Source of the DNA: Eledone cirrhosa
Lineage: Eukaryota
Assembly: GCA_964016885.1 (NCBI GenBank)
Contig: OZ024744.1
Coordinates: 105,152,001 to 105,216,000 of the forward strand
Length of the DNA stretch: 64,000 nt
Reading direction: 5' to 3'
Shown here: positions 56,601 to 64,000 of the stretch, one piece after another
How the letters are laid out: every line of letters begins with the position of its first letter
How positions within the stretch are numbered: the stretch's first letter is position 1
Made by a program: the position numbers and the translations under genes
Notes under the pieces: model-generated
What the model was told of the DNA's origin: nothing
Database searches by the model: none
The model's input: the letters and a program-made list of their open reading frames with translations, nothing else

Positions 56601-59600
56601 TTGTATGCCGTTTATGACTAGTCTGTGTGTACGGTTGTATGCCGTCTATGACTAGTCTGTGTCTACGGTTGTATGCCGTCTATGACTAGTCTGTGTCTAC
56701 GGTTGTATGCCGTCTATGACTAGTTTGTGTCTACGGTTGTATGCAGTCTATGACTAGTCTGTGTCTACGGTTGTATGCCGTATATGACTAGTCTGTGTCT
56801 ACGGTTGTATGCCGTCTATGACTAGTCTGAGTCTACGGTTGTATGCAGTCTATGACTAGTCTGTGTCTACGGTTGTATGCCGTCTATGACTAGTCTGTGT
56901 CTACGGTTGTATGCCGTCTATGACTAGTGTGTGTCTACAGTTGTATGCCGTCTATGACTAGTCTGTGTCTACAGTTGTATGCCGTCTATGACTAGTCTGT
57001 GTCAACGGTTGTATGCCGTCTATGACTAGTCTGTGTGTACGGTTGTATGCCGTCTATGACTAGTCTGTGTGTACGGTTGTATGCAGTCTATGACTAGTCT
57101 GTGTCTACTGTTGTATGCCGTCTATGACTAGTCTGTGTGTACGGTTGTATGCAGTCTATGACTAGTCTGCGTCTACGGTTGTATGCCGTCTATGGCTAGT
57201 CTGTGTGTACGGTTGTATGCCGTCTATGACTAGTCTGTGTCTACAGTTGTATGCCGTCGATGACTAGTCTGTGTGTACGGTTGTATGCCGTCTATGACTA
57301 GTCTGTGTCTGCAGTTGTATGCCGTCTATGACTAGTTTGTGTCTACGGTTGTATGCAGTCTATGACTAGTCTGTGTCTACGGTTTTATGCCGTCTATGAC
57401 TAGTCTGTGTCTACAGTTGTAAGCCGTCTATGACTAGTCTGTGTCTTCGGTTGTATGCCGTCTATGACTAGTCTGTCTACGGTTGTATGCCGTCTATGAC
57501 TAGTCTGTGTCTACAGTTGTATGCCGTCTATGACTAGTCTGTGTCTACGGTTGTATGCCGTCTATGACTATTCTGTGTCTATGGTTGAATGCCGTCTATG
57601 ACTAGTCTGTGTCTACGGTTGTATGCCGTCTATGATTAGTCTGATCCACGGTTGTATGCCGTCTATGACTAGTCTGATCCACGGTTGTATGCCGTCTATG
57701 ACTAGTCTGTGTCTTCAGTTGTATGCCGTTTATGACTAGTCTGTGTGTACGGTTGTATGCCGTCTATGACTAGTCTGTGTCTACGGTTGTATGCCGTCTA
57801 TGACTAGTCTGTGTCTACGGTTGTATGCCGTCTATGACTAGTCTGTGTCTACGGTTGTATGCAGTCTATGCCTAGTCTGTGTGTTCGGTTGTATGCCGTC
57901 TATGACTAGTCTGAGTCTACGGTTGTATGCAGACTATGACTAGTCTGTGTCTACAGTTGTATGCCGTTTATGACTAGTCTGTGTGTACGGTTGTATGCCG
58001 TCTATGACTAGTCTGTGTCTACAGTTGTATGCCGTCTATGACTAGTCTGTGTCTACAGTGGTATACCGTCTATGACTTGTCTATGTCTACAGTTGTATGC
58101 CGTCTATGACTAGTCTGTGTCTACGGTTGTATGCCGTCTATGACTAGTCTGTGTCTACGGTTTTATGCCGTCTATGACTAGTCTGTGTCTACGGTTGTAT
58201 GCTGTCTATGACTAGTCTGTGTCTACTGCTGTATGCAGTCTATGACTAAACTGTGTCTACGGTTGTATGCAGGCTATGACTAGTCTGTGTCTACCGTTGT
58301 ATGCCGTCTATGACTAGTCTGTTTGTACGGTTGTATGCCGTCTATGACTAGTCTGTGTGTACGGTTGTATGCCGTCTATGACTAGTCTGTGTCTACGGTT
58401 GTATGCCGTCTATGACTAGTCTGATCCACGGTTGTATGCCGTCTATGACTAGTCTGTGTCTACGGTTGTATGCAGTCTATGACTAGTCAGTGTCTACGGT
58501 TGTATGGCGTCTATGACTAGTGTGTGTCTACGGTTGTATGCCATCTATGACTAGTCTGTGTCTACAGTTGTATGCCATCTATGACTAGTCTGTGTCAACA
58601 GTTGTATACTGTCTATGACTAGTCTGTGTCTACGGTTGTATGCCGTCTATGACTAGTCTGTCTGTACGGTTGTATGCCATATATGACTAGTCTGTGTGTA
58701 ATGTTGTATGCCGTCTATGACTAGTCTGTGTCTACGCTTGTATGCCGTCTATGACTAGTCTGTGTGTACGGTTGTATGCCGTCTATGACTAGTCTGTGTC
58801 TACGGTTGTATGCCCTCTTTGACTAGTCTGTGTCTACGGTTGTATACCGTCTATGACTAGTCTGTGTCTACTGTTGTATGCAGTCTATGACTAGTCTGTG
58901 TCTACGGTTGTATGTCGTCTATGACTAGTCTGTGTCTACGGTTGTATGCTGTCTATGACTAGTCTGTGTCTAGGGTTGTATGCCGTCTATGACTAGTCTG
59001 TGTCTACGGTTGTATGCCGTCTATGACTAGTCTGAGTCTACGGTTGTATGGCGTCTATGACTAGTCTGTGTCTACGGTTGTATGCCGTCTATGACTAGTC
59101 TGTGTCTACGGTTGTATGCCGTCTATGACTAATCTGTGTGTACGGTTGTATGCAGTCTATGACTAGTCTGTGTCTACTGTTGTATGCCGTCTATGACAAG
59201 TCTGTGTGTACGGTGGTATGCAGTCTATGACTAGTCTGTGTCTACGGTTGTATGCCGTCTATGACTAGTCTGTGTGTACGGTTGTATGCAGTCTATGACT
59301 AGTCTGTGTCTACGGTTGTATGCCGTCTATGACTAGTCTGTGTCTACAGTTGTGTGCCATCTATGACTAGTCTGTGTGTACGGTTGTATGCAGTATATGA
59401 CTAGTCTGTGTCTACAGTTGTATGCCGTCTATGACTAGCCTGAGTCTACGGTTGTATGCAGTCTATGACTAGTCTGTGTGTACGGTTGTATGCCGTCTAT
59501 GACTAGTCTACGGCTGTATGCCGTCTATGACTAGTCTGTGTCTACGGTTGTATGCCGTCTATGACTAGTCTGTGTCTACAGTTGTATGCCGTCTATGACT

Positions 59601-62600
59601 AGTTTGTGTCTACGGTTGTATACCGTCTATGACTAGTCTGTGTCTACGGTTGTATGCAGTCTATGAGTAGTCTGTGTCTACTGTTGTATGCCGTCTATGA
59701 CTAGTCTGTGTCTACGGTTGTATGCCGTCTATGACTAGTCTGTGTCTACAGTTGTATGCCGTCTATGACTAGTCTGTGTCTTCGGTTGTATGCCGTCTAT
59801 GACTAGTCTGTGTCTACGGTTGTATGCCGTCTATGACTAGTCTGTGTCTACGTTTGTATGCCGTCTATGACTAGTCTGTGTCTACGGTTGTATGCCGTCT
59901 ATGACTAGTCTGTGTCTACGGTTGTATGCCGTCTATGACTAATCTGTGTCTACGGTTGTATGCCATCTATGACTAGTCTGTGTGTACGGTTGTATGCCGT
60001 CTATGACTAGTCTGTGTCTACGGTTGTATGCCGTCTATGACTAGTCTGTGTCTACAGTTGTATGCCGTTTATGACTAGTCTGTGTGTACGGTTATATGCC
60101 GTCTATGACTAGTCTGTGTCTACAGTTGTATGCCGTCTATGACTAGTCTGTGTCTACAGTTGTATGCCGTCTATGACTAGTCTGTGTCTACAGTTGTATA
60201 CCGTCTATGACTTGTCTATGTCTACAGTTGTATGCCGTCTATGACTAGTCTGTGTCTACGGTTGTATGCCGTCTATGACTAGTCTGTGTCTACGGTTGTA
60301 TGCCGTCAATGACTAGACTGTGTCTACAGTTGTATGCCATCTATGACTAGTCTGTGTCTACTGCTGTATGCAGTCTATGACTAGTCTGTGTCTACGGTTG
60401 TATGCAGGCTATGACTAGTCATTGTCTACGGTTGTATGCAGGTTATGACTAGTCTGTGTCTACGGTTGTATGCCGTCTATGACTAGTCTGTGTCTACAGT
60501 TGTATGCCGTCTATGACTAGTCTGTGTCTTCGGTTGTATGCCGTCTATGACTAGTCTGTGTGTACGGTTGTATTCCGTCTATGACTAGTCTGTGTCTACG
60601 GTTTATGCCGTCTATGACTAGTCTGTGTCTACGGTTGTATGCCATCTATGACTAGTCTGTGTGTACGGTTGTATGCCGTCTATGACTAGTCTGTGTCTAC
60701 GGTTGTATGCCGTCTATGACTAGTCTGTGTCTACGGTTGTATGCCGTCTATGACTAGTCTGTGTCTACGGTTGTATGCCGTCTATGACTAGAATGTGTCT
60801 ACGGCTGTATGCCATCTATGACTAGTGTGTGTGTAATGTTGTATGCCGTCTATGACTAGTCTGTGTCTACGCTTGTATGCCGTCTATGACTAGTCTGTGT
60901 GTACGGTTGTATGCCGTCTATGACTAGTCTGTGTCTACGGTTGTATGCCGTCTATGACTAGTCTGTGTCTACGGTTGTATGCCCTCTTTGACTAGTCTGT
61001 GTCTACGGTTGTATGCCGTCTATGACTAGTCTGTGTCTACTGTTGTATGCAGTCTATGACTAGTCTGTGTCTACGGTTATATCCCGTCTATGACTAGTCT
61101 GTGGGTACGGTTGTATGCTGTCTATGACTAGTCTGTGTCTACGGTTGTATGCCGTCTATGACTAGTCTGTGTCTACGGTTGTATGCCGTCTATGACTAGT
61201 CTGTGTCTACGGTTGTATGCCGTCTATGACTAGTCTGAGTCTACGGTTGTATGCAGTCTATGGCTAGACTGTGTCTACGGTTGTATGCCGTCTATGACTA
61301 GTCTGTGTCTACGGTTGTATGCCGTCTATGACTAGTGTGTGTCTACAGTTGTATGCCGTCTATGACTAGTCTGTGTCTACAGTTGTATGCCGTCTATGAC
61401 TAGTCTGTGTCAACGGTTGTATGCCGTCTATGACTAGTCTGTGTGTACGGTTGTATGCCGTCTATGACTAGTCTGTGTCTACGGTTGTATGCCGTCTATG
61501 ACTAGTCTGTGTGTACGGTTGTATGCAGTCTATGACTAGTCTGTGTCTACTGTTGTATGCCGTCTGTGACTAGTCTGTGTGTACGGTTGTATGCAGTCTA
61601 TGACTAGTCTGTGTCTACAGTTGTATGCCGTCTATGGCTAGTCTGTGTGTACGGTTGTATGCCGTCTAAGACTAGTCTGTGTCTACAGTTGAATGCCGTC
61701 GATGACTAGTCTGTGTCTACAGTTGTATGCCGTCTATGACTAGTCTGTGTGTACGGTTGTATGCCGTCTATGACTAGTCTGTGTCTGCAGTTGTATGCCG
61801 TCTATGACTAGTTTGTGTCTACGGTTGTATGCAGTCTATGACTAGTCTGTGTCTACGGTTGTATGCCGTCTATGACTAGTCTGTGTCTACAGTTGTATGC
61901 CGTCTATGACTAGTCTGTGTCTTCGGTTGTATGCCGTCTATGACTAGTCTGTCTACGGTTGTATGCCGTCTATGACTAGTCTGTGTCTACAGTTGTATGC
62001 CGTCTATGACTAGTCTGTGTCTACGGTTGTATGCCGTCTATGACTATTCTGTGTCTATGGTTGAATGCCGTCTATGACTAGTCTGTGTCTACGGTTGTAT
62101 GCCGTCTATGATTAGTCTGATCCACGGTTGTATGCCGTCTATGACTAGTCTGATCCACGGTTGTATGCCGTCTATGACTAGTCTGTGTCTTCAGTTGTAT
62201 GCCGTTTATGACTAGTCTGTGTGTACGGTTGTATGCCGTCTATGACTAGTCTGTGTCTACGGTTGTATGCCGTCTATGACTAGTCTGTGTCTACGGTTGT
62301 ATGCCGTCTATGACTAGTTTGTGTCTACGGTTGTATGCAGTCTATGACTAGTCTGTGTGTTCGGTTGTATGCCGTCTATGACTAGTCTGAGTCTACGGTT
62401 GTATGCAGTCTATGACTAGTCTGTGTCTACAGTTGTATGCCGTTTATGACTAGTCTGTGTGTACGGTTGTATGCCGTCTATGACTAGTCTGTGTCTACAG
62501 TTGTATGCCGTCTATGACTAGTCTGTGTCTACAGTTGTATACCGTCTATGACTTGTCTATGTCTACAGTTGTATGCCGTCTATGACTAGTCTATGTCTAC

Positions 62601-64000
62601 GGTTGTATGCTGTCTATGATTAGTCTGTGTCTACGGTTGTATGCCGTCTATGACTAGTCTGTGTCTACGGTTGTATGCCGTCTATGACTAGTCTGTGTCT
62701 ACGGTTGTATGCCGTCTATGACTAGTCTGAGTCTACGGTTGTATGCAGTCTATGACTAGTCTGTGTCTACGGTTGTATGCCGTCTATGACTAGTCTGTGT
62801 CTACGGTTGTATGCCGTCTATGACTAGTGTGTGTCTACAGTTGTATGCCGTCTATGACTAGTCTGTGTCTACAGTTGTATGCCGTCTATGACTAGTCTGT
62901 GTCAACGGTTGTATGCCGTCTATGACTAGTCTGTGTGTACGGTTGTATGCCGTCTATGACTAGTCTGTGTGTACGGTTGTATGCAGTCTATGACTAGTCT
63001 GTGTCTACTGTTGTATGCCGTCTATGACTAGTCTGTGTGTACGGTTGTATGCAGTCTATGACTAGTCTGTGTCTACGGTTGTATGCCGTCTATGGCTAGT
63101 CTGTGTCTACGGTTGTATGCCGTCTATGACTAGTCTGTGTCTACAGTTGTATGCCGTCGATGACTAGTCTGTGTGTACGGTTGTATGCCGTCTATGACTA
63201 GTCTGTGTCTGCAGTTGTATGCCGTCTATGACTAGTTTGTGTCTACGGTTGTATGCAGTCTATGACTAGTCTGTGTCTACGGTTTTATGCCGTCTATGAC
63301 TAGTCTGTGTCTACAGTTGTAAGCCGTCTATGACTAGTCTGTGTCTTCGGTTGTATGCCGTCTATGACTAGTCTGTCTACGGTTGTATGCCGTCTATGAC
63401 TAGTCTGTGTCTACAGTTGTATGCCGTCTATGACTAGTCTGTGTCTACGGTTGTATGCCGTCTATGACTATTCTGTGTCTATGGTTGAATGCCGTCTATG
63501 ACTAGTCTGTGTCTACGGTTGTATGCCGTCTATGATTAGTCTGATCCACGGTTGTATGCCGTCTATGACTAGTCTGATCCACGGTTGTATGCCGTCTATG
63601 ACTAGTCTGTGTCTTCAGTTGTATGCCGTCTATGACTAGTCTGTGTGTACGGTTGTATGCCGTCTATGACTAGTCTGTGTCTACAGTTGTATGCCGTCTA
63701 TGACTAGTCTGTGTCTACAGTTGTATACCGTCTATGACTTGTCTATGTCTACAGTTGTATGCCGTCTATGACTAGTCTGTGTCTACGGTTGTATGCCGTC
63801 TATGACTAGTCTGTGTCTACGGTTTTATGCCGTCTATGACTAGTCTGTGTCTACGGTTGTATGCTGTCTATGACTAGTCTGTGTCTACTGCTGTATGCAG
63901 TCTATGACTAAACTGTGTCTACGGTTGTATGCAGGCTATGACTAGTCTGTGTCTACCGTTGTATGCCGTCTATGACTAGTCTGTTTGTACGGTTGTATGC
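52450..64000. repeat. Near-tandem duplication of a ~6-kb block (~52.45-58.35 kb and ~58.67-64.0 kb), each copy containing an internal ~1.6-kb duplication
   Basis: Paired markers: catatatgac 52471/58678, gtgtgccat 53281/59352, tatatccc 55041/61078, aagccg 57421/63321, tatgactaaa 58241/63903, gtttgtac 58321/63983. Offsets fall from 6207 to 5662, essentially in whole-monomer steps. Internal pair: gtcaac 55372/57001 and tgaatg 55991/57586. Confidence 0.88.

Larger units (their letters stand above)
1..64000. repeat. Tandem satellite DNA array, 34-bp monomer (consensus ATGCCGTCTATGACTAGTCTGTGTCTACGGTTGT), about 1,880 head-to-tail copies, running off both window ends
   Basis: Seen directly: the 34-mer recurs from base 1 to base 64000 in one orientation. 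Most copies differ from consensus by 0-2 substitutions, and small indels are rare. Consensus composition is A5 C7 G9 T13, with one ACTAGT (SpeI) and one GTCTAC (AccI) site. Confidence 0.99.

Noticed and set aside
1-64000. CRISPR array (34-bp repeat with an internal palindrome is in the CRISPR repeat size range)
   Set aside because: Monomers are directly head-to-tail with no unique spacers, no leader and no cas genes.
1-64000. Repetitive protein-coding sequence
   Set aside because: 34 is not a multiple of 3. The + strand monomer has TGA and TAG in two frames and the - strand has three TAGs in two frames, so every frame closes within about two monomers. The consensus micro-ORF (MPSMTSLCLRLYAVYD*) is an incidental product of the repeat.
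1-64000. Rolling-circle, concatemer or sequencing artefact, or a synthetic construct
   Set aside because: Variants are shared in ordered, hierarchically related blocks at many offsets, which fits descent by duplication and not random error or one circular template. Mis-assembly of individual near-identical blocks cannot be excluded without reads.
1-64000. A code or information store in the order of variant monomers
   Set aside because: The order is adequately explained by block duplication and whole-monomer indels. Nothing in the window points to a reader or writer mechanism.
1-64000. Hidden transposon, unique insertion or inverted segment
   Set aside because: Reading through the window I found no non-monomer sequence and no reverse-complement monomers (ACAACCGTAGACAC). 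A very short insertion could have been missed by eye.

Overview
The whole 64 kb window is one uninterrupted, single-orientation tandem satellite array. The consensus monomer is 34 bp (ATGCCGTCTATGACTAGTCTGTGTCTACGGTTGT, 47% GC, T+G-rich on the + strand), giving about 1,880 copies (64000/34). I saw no genes, RNA genes, transposon insertions, CRISPR spacers or inversions. The consensus has stop codons in every frame on both strands. The informative signal lies in the monomer variants. Rare diagnostic variants recur in the same order at offsets equal to whole numbers of monomers. These reveal nested, irregular block duplications with offsets of about 0.4, 1.5, 1.6, 2.4, 3.5, 4.8, 5.8, 6 and 12 kb, and a turnover of variant sets around 30-36 kb. 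The monomer looks like a diverged 17-bp dimer with a central 8-bp palindrome (SpeI site). One recurrent double substitution extends this palindrome to 12 bp. Long satellite arrays like this are typical of eukaryotic heterochromatin, but organism, chromosomal position and function cannot be determined from the sequence. I found no evidence for a novel protein-based system. All offsets were read by eye from marker variants, so block boundaries are approximate.
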